In this document: piece by piece, positions 38,868 through 49,100 of the stretch
Layout: each line of letters starts with the position of its first letter
Numbering within the stretch: position 1 is the stretch's first letter
Source of the DNA: Armatimonadota bacterium
GTDB lineage: Bacteria > Armatimonadota > UBA10988
DNA: 64,000 bases
Direction of reading: 5' to 3'
Assembly: GCA_016235455.1 (NCBI GenBank)
Contig: JACRKZ010000085.1
Span: 1-64,000 of the forward strand
Made by a program: the position numbers and the translations under genes
The notes under the pieces: model-generated
Database searches by the model: none
Told to the model about the DNA's origin: nothing
Seen by the model: only the letters and a program-made list of their open reading frames with translations

Positions 38868-39872
38868 ATGGTTCCCCGACGACTGACCGCTTGTCTGGCG
38901 CTGTCACTCGCGCTCATCACGGCACTGGCCGCGGAGCCGCCACACGCCGTCTGGCCGCGGCCGCTGCGCGTGGGCGACACCATCGGCGTGGTCGCGCCGG
39001 CCGGCGCCGTGCGCAACCGCGCCACGCTCGAGCGCGGCCTGGATCGCCTGCGCGGCCGTGGCTACCGGGTCCGCCTCGGCGCCAATCTGATGGCCGACAA
39101 TGGGCTCACCGCCGGCACCGAAGCCCAGCGCGCCGCCGACCTGAACGCGATGTGGCGCGACGAGTCGGTCCAGGCCATCTGGTGCGCCAAGGGCGGCTAC
39201 GGCACGCTGGCCCTGCTGGACCTGCTGGACTGGGCGACGGTTGCCCGCCGGCCGCTGCCGCTTGTCGGCTACAGCGACATCACCGGGCTGCAGATGGCGG
39301 TGCTGGCACGCACGGGACTGGTCAGCTTCCACGGCCCGATGGTGGCTGACCAACTGGGCCTCGCCGGCTCACTCGATGCCGGCACCTTGTCGTCGCTGTT
39401 CGGCTGGCTGGGCGGGCTGACGCTGCCACACGCACCCACCAATCCCAACGGCGCACCGCTCCGCGCGCTGCGCGGCGGCCAGGCCACGGGCCGGCTGATC
39501 GGCGGCAACCTATCGCTACTGGCGGCGCTCTGCGGGTCGCGCTACCTGCCCGAGACGACCGGCGCCATCCTGGTCATCGAGGATGTCAACGAGTACCCGT
39601 ACCGCGTGGCGCGGATGCTGGACACGCTGAAGCTCGCGGGCGTGCTGGACCGCATCGGCGGGCTGGTCATCGGCAGCTTCACCGACTGCTTCGAGGGCAG
39701 CGGCATCGCCGTTTCCGAATTGCTGGCGGCACGGCTCGTCGGGCGGCAGATCCCCATCGTCGCCGGCCTGAGCTTCGGGCACGTGGCCAGCCGCGCGACG
39801 CTGCCGCTGGGCGCTCTGGCCCGGCTGGACGCCACGGGGCCGTCACTGACCATCATGCCAGAGCCTCAGTAG
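38868..39872 (+). CDS. S66 family LD-carboxypeptidase
   Basis: ATG 38868 with AAGGAGG RBS; GDTIGVVAPA, KGGYG, GYSD (Ser), HGPM, GGNL, IEDVNE (Glu), FGH (His). Confidence 0.9.
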   Translation: MVPRRLTACLALSLALITALAAEPPHAVWPRPLRVGDTIGVVAPAGAVRNRATLERGLDRLRGRGYRVRLGANLMADNGLTAGTEAQRAADLNAMWRDESVQAIWCAKGGYGTLALLDLLDWATVARRPLPLVGYSDITGLQMAVLARTGLVSFHGPMVADQLGLAGSLDAGTLSSLFGWLGGLTLPHAPTNPNGAPLRALRGGQATGRLIGGNLSLLAALCGSRYLPETTGAILVIEDVNEYPYRVARMLDTLKLAGVLDRIGGLVIGSFTDCFEGSGIAVSELLAARLVGRQIPIVAGLSFGHVASRATLPLGALARLDATGPSLTIMPEPQ

Positions 39873-39876
39873 GGGT

Positions 39877-39946
39877 CCAAGATCCACAGATTGGGCAGAT
39901 TGGCGGACCAGCCATCGGTGCAATCTGCGTCATCTGTGGATCTTGG
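39877..39946. repeat. CAGAT-family inverted repeat between convergent genes, copy 1
   Basis: CCAAGATCCACAGATtggGCAGATTG...CAATCTGCgtcATCTGTGGATCTTGG. Confidence 0.75.
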
Positions 39947-39958
39947 GATGCGCCGCTG

Positions 39959-40981
39959 CTAGATCGCCACCGGCTTGCCACTGGCGATGCTCTCGTTGGC
40001 GGCCAGCGTCAGGCGCAGGGTCTTCGACGCGTCGGGATAGGTCGAGGCGATGGCCGAGCCGTCCTTGGCGCGCACGGCGTCGACGAAGACGCGGTCCTCG
40101 ATGGCGAAGATGTCGCCATCGCCCTTGATCTCCTGGGCCTCGGCGCCCTTGCGCAGGATCTTCACCGCATGGTCCCAGCCGGTGAACAGGCAGGTGGTGT
40201 CGTGGGCATAGACATTCAGCCACACGCCGCCACCGCCGGCATTGGCGCTGCACGAGGACATCAGGTTGGCCACGCCACCGTTGGCCATCTGCAGCACCAC
40301 CGAGCTGGCATCGTCGATGGTGTAGCTGTAGAGGTCCTTGTTGAAGCCGTTGGCCGCACGCGCATAGACCTCGACGGCTTCGCCGCACAGGTAGCGAAGC
40401 ACATCGAAGGTGTGCGTGCACTGCTCGACGATCTGGCCGCCGGAGCGCTCCTTGATGACCCACCATGAGCCGATGTTGGTGTCACCCGGCTTGGGGCTCG
40501 GCGAGCCGCCGATCCAGCCACCATGCACCAGTGCCGCGGGATCCTGGTCCAGCAGCGCCTTGGCGCTGCGCAGGCTCTGGCGGTAGCGGTTCATGTAGCC
40601 CGCGCAGGTCATCAGGCCCTGGGCCTCAACCTCGGCCACGAGTTCCTGGGTCAGCGCCCAGTCGAGGCCGACCGGCTTCTCCACGAAGAACGGGGTGCTG
40701 TGCTTCAGGCAGGCCCGCTCGGCCGCGCCATGGGCGAACGGCGGCAGAAGCAGCCAGGCAGCGTCGACGCCCGTCTCGGCCAACATCGTGTCGGCATCGG
40801 CGAAGGTGGCCGGCGCGGCGTCGGGCTGGGCGGCCTTCAGCTCCGCCACACGCAGCTCCAGCTTGGCCGGATCGGGATCGCAGAACGCAGCGATCTCGAC
40901 GTCCTCGAAGCCGATCATCGCCTTGAGATGGGCGTTGGCCATGCCGCCGGCGCCCACGAATCCCACTCGCAACTTGCTCAC
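39959..40981 (-). CDS. Gfo/Idh/MocA family oxidoreductase
   Basis: LRVGFVGAGGMA, PPFAH, FVEKP, SGGQIVEQCTHTFD. Confidence 0.9.
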   Translation of the reverse strand: MSKLRVGFVGAGGMANAHLKAMIGFEDVEIAAFCDPDPAKLELRVAELKAAQPDAAPATFADADTMLAETGVDAAWLLLPPFAHGAAERACLKHSTPFFVEKPVGLDWALTQELVAEVEAQGLMTCAGYMNRYRQSLRSAKALLDQDPAALVHGGWIGGSPSPKPGDTNIGSWWVIKERSGGQIVEQCTHTFDVLRYLCGEAVEVYARAANGFNKDLYSYTIDDASSVVLQMANGGVANLMSSCSANAGGGGVWLNVYAHDTTCLFTGWDHAVKILRKGAEAQEIKGDGDIFAIEDRVFVDAVRAKDGSAIASTYPDASKTLRLTLAANESIASGKPVAI

Positions 40982-41110
40982 AATGGCTCTCCTCTGAGCG
41001 GATGCGACACGGTTCTAGCCCACCGCGCGGTCACCTCCCCGCGAGCCGTGACTCTACCGGAGGAGTCCCTCGCCCCGCGACGAATCGGCCGGTCCACAAA
41101 GGAGTGTGCC

Positions 41111-41443
41111 ATGCGTCGATTGTGCGCCGTTCTGGCCGTTGCCGGCTCGTTGCTGCTGAGTGCTTGCGGCCCGCGTGCGCCCCAGCAGGTGCAGGTCGTG
41201 CCCCAACCCGAGCCGATGCGGCAGGCCCCCATGCCGGCGCCGGCACCCGCGCCGCCCAAGTCCATGCCGCAGAGCGCCGGCAAGCCGACCACGCTGGCCA
41301 AGGCCGACCCGGTCTACATCACCCAGTCGGGCAAGAAGTACCACCGCGCCGACTGCCAGCACCTGGCCAAGAGCGCGGCCAAGATGGCCCGCGCGCAGGC
41401 CCAGAAGCAAGGCTACACCGCCTGCGATACGTGCAAGCCGTAG
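41111..41443 (+). CDS. Small lipoprotein with Pro-rich linker and C-terminal Cys/His metal-binding domain (Ada_Zn-like)
   Basis: GGAG RBS; lipobox LLSAC; VYITQSGKKYHRADC...GYTACDTCKP. Confidence 0.8.
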   Translation: MRRLCAVLAVAGSLLLSACGPRAPQQVQVVPQPEPMRQAPMPAPAPAPPKSMPQSAGKPTTLAKADPVYITQSGKKYHRADCQHLAKSAAKMARAQAQKQGYTACDTCKP

Positions 41444-41469
41444 CGCCTTCGCTCCCACTCGAGACAAGC

Positions 41470-41536
41470 AACGACCATCCGCAGATGGACGCAGATAGCA
41501 GTGCCAAGCCATCTGCGCCATCTGCGGATGGTCGTT
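41470..41536. repeat. CAGAT-family inverted repeat between convergent genes, copy 2
   Basis: AACGACCATCCGCAGATGGaCGCAGAT...ATCTGCGCCATCTGCGGATGGTCGTT. Confidence 0.75.
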
Positions 41537-41562
41537 CTTCGCGGCGTCCGTCGCCGGTCGGC

Positions 41563-42402
41563 CTAGAGCCCCATCACCCGCTTCACGGCGTCGACGTTCT
41601 TGGTGCAGTCGGCCTCGCCGTTGCCGGTCGGGCAGCTCGTCTCGAGCACGATCCAGCCCTTGTACTCGATGGCCTTGAGCGCGTCGGCGGCGGCCTGAAT
41701 GTCCACCTTGCCCTCGCCCAGGAAGTTGCCGCCGTCCTTGAAGTGGATCAGCGCCAGGCGCTTGCCGATGGCCTTGATGTCGTTCGTCGGCACCAGGCCC
41801 GCACCGGTCGAGTTGCCGATGTCGTAGTAGGCGCCCACCCAGTCGGAGCCCACGCGGTCGAGGATCTCGTTGAACTGCGCGCCGCTCAGCGTGCATTCCA
41901 GACCCAGCTTCACGCCGGCGTCCTGGGCGATCGGGGCCAGCTTCTTCAGGCGCTCGACGAGCTGGTCGATCTCGGGCTTCCACTCCTTGCCGTTGAGCAT
42001 GTGTGCCTTGCCAAAGAACGGCACCAGGATGCCGGTCCCGCCCAGTGCCTTGGTGGCGGCGATGGTCTGCTCGACCCAGGCCGGGGCCCGCTCATCAGTG
42101 GCCAAAGGGTTGCCGTTGAGCAGGTCCATGGAGGTCGACGAGATCACCACACCGGCGGCCTCGGCGGCGTCCTTGGTGCGCTTCTGCCAGTCAGGGTCGG
42201 CTACCTGCAGTTTGTCGGCGGGGCCGCCCACGCCGACCTCGACACCGGCCAGCCCGGCCTTCTTGGCCGATTCCCATTTGCCGCCAAAGGTACCCTGCCG
42301 GCCGGAGATGCGCACCCTCGGCGCCTCCTCGCCGCGCGCCAGGCGCGCCGCGACCGTTGCCAGGGCCAGACTGCCCACGAACTCTCTGCGGTTCATTGCC
42401 AT
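41563..42402 (-). CDS. Tat-exported sugar phosphate isomerase/epimerase (xylose isomerase-like TIM barrel)
   Basis: MNRREFVG twin-arginine signal; LVPFFG, LGLE, YYDIGN, IHFKD, GWIVLE. Confidence 0.85.
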   Translation of the reverse strand: MAMNRREFVGSLALATVAARLARGEEAPRVRISGRQGTFGGKWESAKKAGLAGVEVGVGGPADKLQVADPDWQKRTKDAAEAAGVVISSTSMDLLNGNPLATDERAPAWVEQTIAATKALGGTGILVPFFGKAHMLNGKEWKPEIDQLVERLKKLAPIAQDAGVKLGLECTLSGAQFNEILDRVGSDWVGAYYDIGNSTGAGLVPTNDIKAIGKRLALIHFKDGGNFLGEGKVDIQAAADALKAIEYKGWIVLETSCPTGNGEADCTKNVDAVKRVMGL

Positions 42403-42407
42403 GTTGC

Positions 42408-43403
42408 TTACTCCACGGCCGGCTCGCCCGACGGCGCGGGGATGGCCAGGCCCGTGGGCACCGGCTCACCCAGCGCCGGCAGACCGCCGGCATCGAACGC
42501 TATCGGTTGTGCTCGAAAATCGCGCGGCACCCAGTCGCCGCGGCGCTCGCCATGGTGCGCATGGTAGGCCAGCCAGACCTGCGCGCCGTCGGGCGAGCGG
42601 AAGAAGCAGCCGTGGCCGGGCCCATCGACGCCGCTGGCCCGCCAGAACGCCGGCCAGGGCGCCTTCTGCCAGTTGCCTGCCACCAGCGGATCCCCGCCGG
42701 CCAGTGTCAGCCGGCCCAGGGAGTACTCCCGCAGCCAGTATGGGTTGGCCGAGTAGTAAATGTGCAGACGGCCATTGGCCACCAGTACCTGCGGACCTTC
42801 GTTGACCTGATGGCCGTGCCTCTCCCAGGCCAGGCTGGGCTCGCTGATCTCCACGCGCGGGCCGATCAGCATCCGCGGGCCAGCCATCCTGGCCAGGTAG
42901 AGCCGCTGGCCATGGCGCGGCGGATCATCCCAGCCCGACCAGCACATGTACCACTCGCCCTGCCATTCGAACACGGTGCCGTCGATGGCCCAATGGTCAT
43001 CGGGCGTGGCCACCTTGCCCAGCAGCGCGTAGGGACCCAGCGGGTCGTCGGCAGCACTGCCCAGGACGTACATGCGGTGGTTGGCGTCGTTGCCGTCGTC
43101 GGCGCAGTAGTAGATGTACCAGCGGTCGCCCATGCGGTGCAGTTCGGGCGCCCACAGATTGCGCGACCAGGCCGTGTCCTCTGGCGGCGTGTAGACCACG
43201 CGACCCGGGGCGCTCCCCAGCTCGGCCAGGCGAGGCGCGGTCCAGAGCATGATGTTGCGCGCCGTGGTGCAGGTGTAGTAGTAGCGGCCTTGCCAACAGA
43301 CGACCCACGGGTCGGCGCTGCGCTCGGCAATGGGGTTGGTGACGGTCGGCGCGCCCGCCGTCAAGCTCAGGGCCAAGGTCACAATCATCAAGCCACCTGT
43401 CAC
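42408..43403 (-). CDS. Glycoside hydrolase family 43 (arabinofuranosidase-like)
   Basis: ADPW, LWAPELH, WAIDGT, VNEGP, YSAN, GPGHG; GTG 43403 with GAGGTGG RBS. Confidence 0.9.
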   Translation of the reverse strand: MTGGLMIVTLALSLTAGAPTVTNPIAERSADPWVVCWQGRYYYTCTTARNIMLWTAPRLAELGSAPGRVVYTPPEDTAWSRNLWAPELHRMGDRWYIYYCADDGNDANHRMYVLGSAADDPLGPYALLGKVATPDDHWAIDGTVFEWQGEWYMCWSGWDDPPRHGQRLYLARMAGPRMLIGPRVEISEPSLAWERHGHQVNEGPQVLVANGRLHIYYSANPYWLREYSLGRLTLAGGDPLVAGNWQKAPWPAFWRASGVDGPGHGCFFRSPDGAQVWLAYHAHHGERRGDWVPRDFRAQPIAFDAGGLPALGEPVPTGLAIPAPSGEPAVE

Positions 43404-43470
43404 GCTATCCACCTCACCAGCAGAGAGGACTCCGCGAGGCCACCGCCAAGTTCCCGCCGGGAGTGTTTCG

Positions 43471-46194
43471 ATGGGGCGGGTGGTTCTCCTCTGCAATCGG
43501 CCGCGCGAGTTGGCCCGCGAGCTGGTGACCGCGGCCGAAGTCGTCACGCCCAACCGCTACGCCGCCGCGGCGCTGGGGGTGCCGTACTTGGGCCTGGACA
43601 GCCTGGCCCGCGAGTGCCTGCCCAGCGGGCTCAGCACGGCACGCGGCCTGGCGCGCCGCCGCGTGTTGCGCGACAACGTCGCGACCCTGTGGCCCGGCGA
43701 GCCCGCGCAGCGCGTGTGCCAGTGGGTGGAGCCGGCGTTGCGCCGCTGGTTGCGCGCCGGGCTGCACACGCGCGACCTGGGCCCCGGCCTGCCGCCGCGC
43801 GCGAGCGAGGTGGACGCCCTGGCCCGCGGCTACGTGGCGCAGCTGCGCCGACGCGGCGAGGTCGACTCGGCCTGCGCCGCCTGGCTGGCCGCCGGCGACC
43901 GTGCCCGACGGCGGCTGGTCACCGGCTTCCCACGGCTTGAACGCGATGCGCTGCACCTGCTGGACGCCGCCTGCGCCGACGGCTCTACGGTCATCCTGCC
44001 CTTTGCCGAGCTGCCGCTGTTCGCCGACAACCTGGCCTGCGCGCGCTGGCTCGAGGCCCGCGGCTGGCGCATCGACCGGCGCCGCGACGAGCCGCAATCG
44101 CTGGGTGATCGCCTCGCCGCGCGCTGGCTCGGCGCCGATGTCGCCCTCGACGGCTGCGGTCGGCAGACCTGGCCCGACGCCGAGAGCGAGGTACGCGGCG
44201 TGTTGGCCGAGGCCAAGCGGCTGATCCTGCGGGCCGGGGTGCGCGCCGACGAGATCGCGCTGGTGACGCGCGACGAGCGCGCCTACGGCCCGCTGGTCTC
44301 GGCGGTGGCAGCGGAGATGGACCTGCGCGTGCACATCGCCTACGCCATCCCCTTGCGCGAGACGCGGCTGGGCTGGTGGCTGGCCCAAGGCCTGGCGGCG
44401 CTGGGCGAGGACCTACCCTATGAGTTGACGCTGCGCTGGCTGGGCACGCGCTGGCACGAACTGGCCGACGCCTGGGACCCCGCCAACGCGCTCCGCCAGC
44501 GGCCCAACGGCCCCGACGACTGGGCCCGGGCCGGCGCACCGCCGGCCCTGCTCGGCGTGCCCAGCGGCCGGGCACCGGCCGCCGCCTGGCTCGATTGGCT
44601 GACGGCGCTGTTGGATACCGCCGCGAGCATCCAGCACGAGCATGCCCGCGAAGCGCTGGCCCTGCGGCGGTTGCGCGCGGCCATAGACGAGGCCCGGCGC
44701 GAGGCGCCCGGCACGCCGTGGTCGCTGCTGGACTTCGCCGAGGAGGTCGGAGACTGGCTGGATACCCTCACCGTGCCGGCTCAGCCGGGGCGCGGCGGCC
44801 TGGAACTGCACACGCCGCTGGCCCTGCTCGGTGCCCAGCGCCGTCACCTGTTCGTGCTCGGCACCACCGAAGGTGCCCTGCCCCAGCCCGTATCCGATGA
44901 CGCCTTCCTCGACTTCCGCGACCGCGAAGCGGTCAACGCCTTGGTCGGTGGCGACCCGCCGGCGCTGGAGACCGCCGAGCAGGCCGCTCGGCGCGAGGCG
45001 CTGATGTTCTGGTCGCTGCTCGGCGCGCCCACCGAAACGCTGCGCTTCACGCTGCCCGAGACCGCCGGCAACAGCGCCACCTCGCCCAGCGCCTGGCTGG
45101 CGCCGCTGGCCCTGCCCGCGCTGCCGCGCGAGCCGTGGCAGGCCGACTGGCCCTCCTGGCGCCAGACCGTTCTGCGCGGCGACCAGCGCGAGCCGGTGGT
45201 GGACGAGGCGCGACGCGCGCACTGCGTGGAATGGCGGCGCGAAGGCATCGACTCGCCCGACGCCCACGACGGCGCGCTGGGCCACGCCTTCGCGCCGCCC
45301 AAGCACTACAGCGTCAGCCAGCTCACGGCGCTGGCCAGTTGCCCGTTCCGTTGGTTCGGGCAGCGCGCGCTGGGCCTCAGCGGGCCCGACGAGACCGCGG
45401 CCGATCCCGACCCCGCGGCCCGCGGCTCGGCGCTGCATCGTGCGCTGGAGCTGACGCTGCGCGCGGCGTTGGCGGCCGGTTTTCTGCGTGACCGCACGGC
45501 CCTGGCCAAGCTGGCCGAACATGCGCTGGACGCCGCCGTCGGCGCCGACCCGCCGGACACGGCGTTGGGTCAGGCAGTCGCGCGCGCCAAGGAAGCCCAT
45601 CCCGCGCGCCGCTCGCAGGATGCTGACCGCAACGACGACGAGGCCCGCGCCGAATGGCTCGGTCGGCTGCCCAACTGGCCGCGACTGCGCGCCGAGTGGC
45701 TTGGGCTGCTGCAACGCGCCGTGCGCCAGCCCGACTTCATGCCCGAGGACGCCGCGCCTGTCGCTTTCGAGGTGGGCTTCGGCGGCGACTGGCGGGGCCT
45801 GCCGGTGATCGGCTTCATCGACCGCATCGACCGGCTCGATGACGGCAGCCTGGCCTTGCTGGACTACAAGACCGCCGCCCGAGTGGCGCCCGGCGTGCCT
45901 GAGCGCGAGGACTGGCCCAGGTTCGACCTGCAGGTGCCGCTCTACCAGTCGGTCTACGCCCAGCACAGCGGCGAGACGGTGTCCCAGGCGCTGTACTTGT
46001 GCCGCCTGGGCGAGGCACAGACGGCGAAGGTCCTCGACGATACGGTGTACATTGCCTTTGCCGACTGGGTGCGCCGGGTGTTCGACGAGGGCTCGTTCGC
46101 ACCCGATCCGGACGCTGCCGGCAACGCCTGCCGCTACTGCGATCTCGACGCCGTCTGCCGCCGCGGACCGCGGCTCGACCGCAAGAGGGGCTGA
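43471..46194 (+). CDS. AddB/RexB-like subunit with C-terminal PD-(D/E)XK nuclease and 4-Cys motif
   Basis: SVSQL...CPFRW, RGSALH, FEVGF, GFIDRID, LLDYKT, QVPLY, CRYCDLDAVC. Confidence 0.8.
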   Translation: MGRVVLLCNRPRELARELVTAAEVVTPNRYAAAALGVPYLGLDSLARECLPSGLSTARGLARRRVLRDNVATLWPGEPAQRVCQWVEPALRRWLRAGLHTRDLGPGLPPRASEVDALARGYVAQLRRRGEVDSACAAWLAAGDRARRRLVTGFPRLERDALHLLDAACADGSTVILPFAELPLFADNLACARWLEARGWRIDRRRDEPQSLGDRLAARWLGADVALDGCGRQTWPDAESEVRGVLAEAKRLILRAGVRADEIALVTRDERAYGPLVSAVAAEMDLRVHIAYAIPLRETRLGWWLAQGLAALGEDLPYELTLRWLGTRWHELADAWDPANALRQRPNGPDDWARAGAPPALLGVPSGRAPAAAWLDWLTALLDTAASIQHEHAREALALRRLRAAIDEARREAPGTPWSLLDFAEEVGDWLDTLTVPAQPGRGGLELHTPLALLGAQRRHLFVLGTTEGALPQPVSDDAFLDFRDREAVNALVGGDPPALETAEQAARREALMFWSLLGAPTETLRFTLPETAGNSATSPSAWLAPLALPALPREPWQADWPSWRQTVLRGDQREPVVDEARRAHCVEWRREGIDSPDAHDGALGHAFAPPKHYSVSQLTALASCPFRWFGQRALGLSGPDETAADPDPAARGSALHRALELTLRAALAAGFLRDRTALAKLAEHALDAAVGADPPDTALGQAVARAKEAHPARRSQDADRNDDEARAEWLGRLPNWPRLRAEWLGLLQRAVRQPDFMPEDAAPVAFEVGFGGDWRGLPVIGFIDRIDRLDDGSLALLDYKTAARVAPGVPEREDWPRFDLQVPLYQSVYAQHSGETVSQALYLCRLGEAQTAKVLDDTVYIAFADWVRRVFDEGSFAPDPDAAGNACRYCDLDAVCRRGPRLDRKRG

Positions 46195-46197
46195 ACC

Positions 46198-49100
46198 ATG
46201 GGCACTCGCCTGACCGACCAACAACGGGCCGTGGTGGAGGCACCGGTCAGCGTCGCGGTCACCGCCGGCGCCGGCACGGGCAAGACAGAGCTGCTGGCCG
46301 AGCGCTTCATCGCCCATCTCAGCCGCGCCGGCTGCCGGCCGTTGGAGATCGTCGCGGTGACCTTCACCGAGCGCGCCGCCGCGGAACTGCGCGAGCGCAT
46401 CCGCCGCAACCTGACGCGCGACTTCTCGGATCGTGCCGACTGGCTGGCCGAGGTGGAAGCGGCGCCCATCGGCACACTGCACGGGCTGTGCGCGCGCATC
46501 GCCCGCGAGCATCCGCGCCAGGCGGGCGTGGCGCCGGTGTTCGGTGTCATGGACGACCTCGACGGACGCGGCTGGCTGGCCGAGCGGCTCGACGACATCC
46601 TGTCGCGCACACCGACCGAATGGTATGGCGACGGCGACCGCCTGACCTTCACTCAGGCCCGCGCGGCGCTGTGGCCGCTGATCAACAACCCCATCCTGGC
46701 CGACGAGGCGTTGCTCGTGGCCACCACGCGCGACGGCCCGGCACAATGGCGCGAGCAGACCCGGCTGCGCCTGCGCGAGGTGGCCGAGGACCCGGCCTGG
46801 GTCGCCGCGGTGGCGCGGCTAGACGCCGTGTCGGGCCCCGACGGGCTGGACGACGCACGGCGCACGGCCCTGGGGCTGGTCGGGCGGCTGCAAAGCGAGC
46901 CGGCGCGCGCGGCCCGCGAACTGGCCGAGGTGAAGTACAAGCGCGCCGGTCAGAAGGCCAACTGGCAGGACATCACCGAGGTGCGCGACGCCCTCGGCGT
47001 GCTGGTCGAGGGGGCCACGCGCCTGGCCGGCGGGCCGCTGTATGACGATGTGGTCGATGGCCGCCATGCGCGACGCCTGGCCCGACTCCGCGAGCTGTTC
47101 GAGTTCGCGCGCGCCGAGCTGGCCGAGCAGAAGCGACTGGCCGGGCTGCTCGACTTCGCCGACCTCGAGGTGGCGGCGCTGCGCGCGCTCGATGATGCCA
47201 CGGTGCGCGCCTACTACGGCCAGCGCTGGCGAGCCTTCATCGTCGACGAGTGCCAGGACGTCAACCCCGTGCAAGGGCGTCTGCTGCGACGCTTGGTGGA
47301 CTGCTCCGCTGACGCGCTGGTCACGCTGGTGGGCGACGAGAAGCAGAGCATCTATGGCTTCCGTGGCGCGCGGCCCGAGGTGTTTGGCGAGCTGCGCGCG
47401 GACCTGGTGGCCGCGCGTAGCGGGCAGGCGAAGCATGACCTGAGCCGCAGCTTCCGCAGCCACGCGCCACTGGTCAAGGTGTTCAACACGCTGTTCGCGC
47501 CGGTGGTCGAGGGCTACCGCGACCAGACGGCCGAACGTGCCCAGGCGCCGCACGATGGACCATGCCTGGAGCTGGCCGTCGTCGAACCCGATGACAGCAA
47601 GCCCAACACCGCGCGGCTGCGGCGGGCTGAGGCCGACTACCTGGCGCGCCGCGTGGCCGGCTGGCTGGACCCGGCGGACCCGCTGCTGGTGGCCGGTCGC
47701 GACGGCACACCGCGGCCCGCGCGGCCCGGCGACATGGCCATCCTGACCCGCGCCTGGGCACCGCTGGAGTTGTACGGCGATGCCCTGGCCGCGGCAGGGA
47801 TTCCCGTCGTCCATGCCGGTGGCGGCGACCTGCTGGCCACGCGCGAAGCCAAGGACGCCGCGGCGCTGTTGCGCTTCCTGGCCGCGCCGCACGACAACCT
47901 GGCGCTGGCGGCGGTGCTGCGTTCGCCGTTCTTCGCCTGCGATGACCACGCCGTCCGGGCCCTGGCCAGGGCCGCTCGCGACAGCACCTGGTGGGCGGCG
48001 ATGCCCGCACTCGGCGCTGCCTGGCAACGGCCGCGCGAGGTGCTGGGCGAGCTGCTGGAGGCCGTGCCACGTGAGGCGCCGAGCCGCCTGCTGAGTCGCG
48101 CCGACGCGCTGACCGGCTACTCGGCCGTGATCGCCAACCTGCCGCCGGGCGAGCGCCGGCTGGCCGACTGGCGCGGCTTCGTGGCCTGGATACGCGACGC
48201 GGAGCAGGGCTCGGGCGAGGTGTTCGGCGTGGTCCGCCGACTGCGCCAGGCCGCCAACCTGGCGATCGAGGTCCCGCGGCCGGCGCTGGCCCCCGGCGAT
48301 GCCGTGCTGCTCATCACCTACCACGGCGCCAAGGGCCTGGAATGGCCTGTGGTCATCGCGCCCGACCTGGGCCGCGGCACGCCCAACGATGCCGGCGACC
48401 TGCTGTTCGACGCGCAACTCGGCGTGAGCCTGAGACAGCATGCCGACGACGGCGCGGTCGAACGGACCTGGCTCAGTGGCGTGCTGGACGCCGAGCAGAA
48501 GCGGCGCGCCGCCCAGGAGAACCAGCGACTGGCCTATGTGGCGCTGACGCGCGCCCGCGACCACCTGCTGCTGACCACTGCCGCGCGCGGCGACGCCGGC
48601 TCGCTATGGGCCACGCTGGAGCCAGGCCTGGCCACGGGCGTCGCCTGCACCGAGGACCGCGAAGCCTGCGCCTACCAGCCCGAGCGCGCGGTGCCGCGCC
48701 TACCGCAGATGCCGCCTGCTCCGCCCGCGCCGACGGCGGAGCACCTGCTGCTAGAGGCCACGCCGATCCAACCCGGCGAGTTGCCGGTCACCGCGCTCGG
48801 CGAATACCACACCTGCCCGCATCGCTTCCGTCGGCACTACCTCGACGGCTTCCCCACCGAGTTGGATCGCACGCCCGATGAGGATGATGCCGACGCGACC
48901 GCGGACGCCAGTTCGGCCAACCTGGGCACGCTCACCCACGAGGCGCTGGAGACGGGCGCCGACACGCCTGACGCGCTACGGTCGCCCGGCACGGCCGCCG
49001 AGCGCGACGAGGCCGTCGCCCTGGCTCGGCGCTTCCGCACCGAGGCCGTGTTCGACCGGGTGCGCGCCGACGATGATGCGTGCGAGGTGCGCATCCGCCT

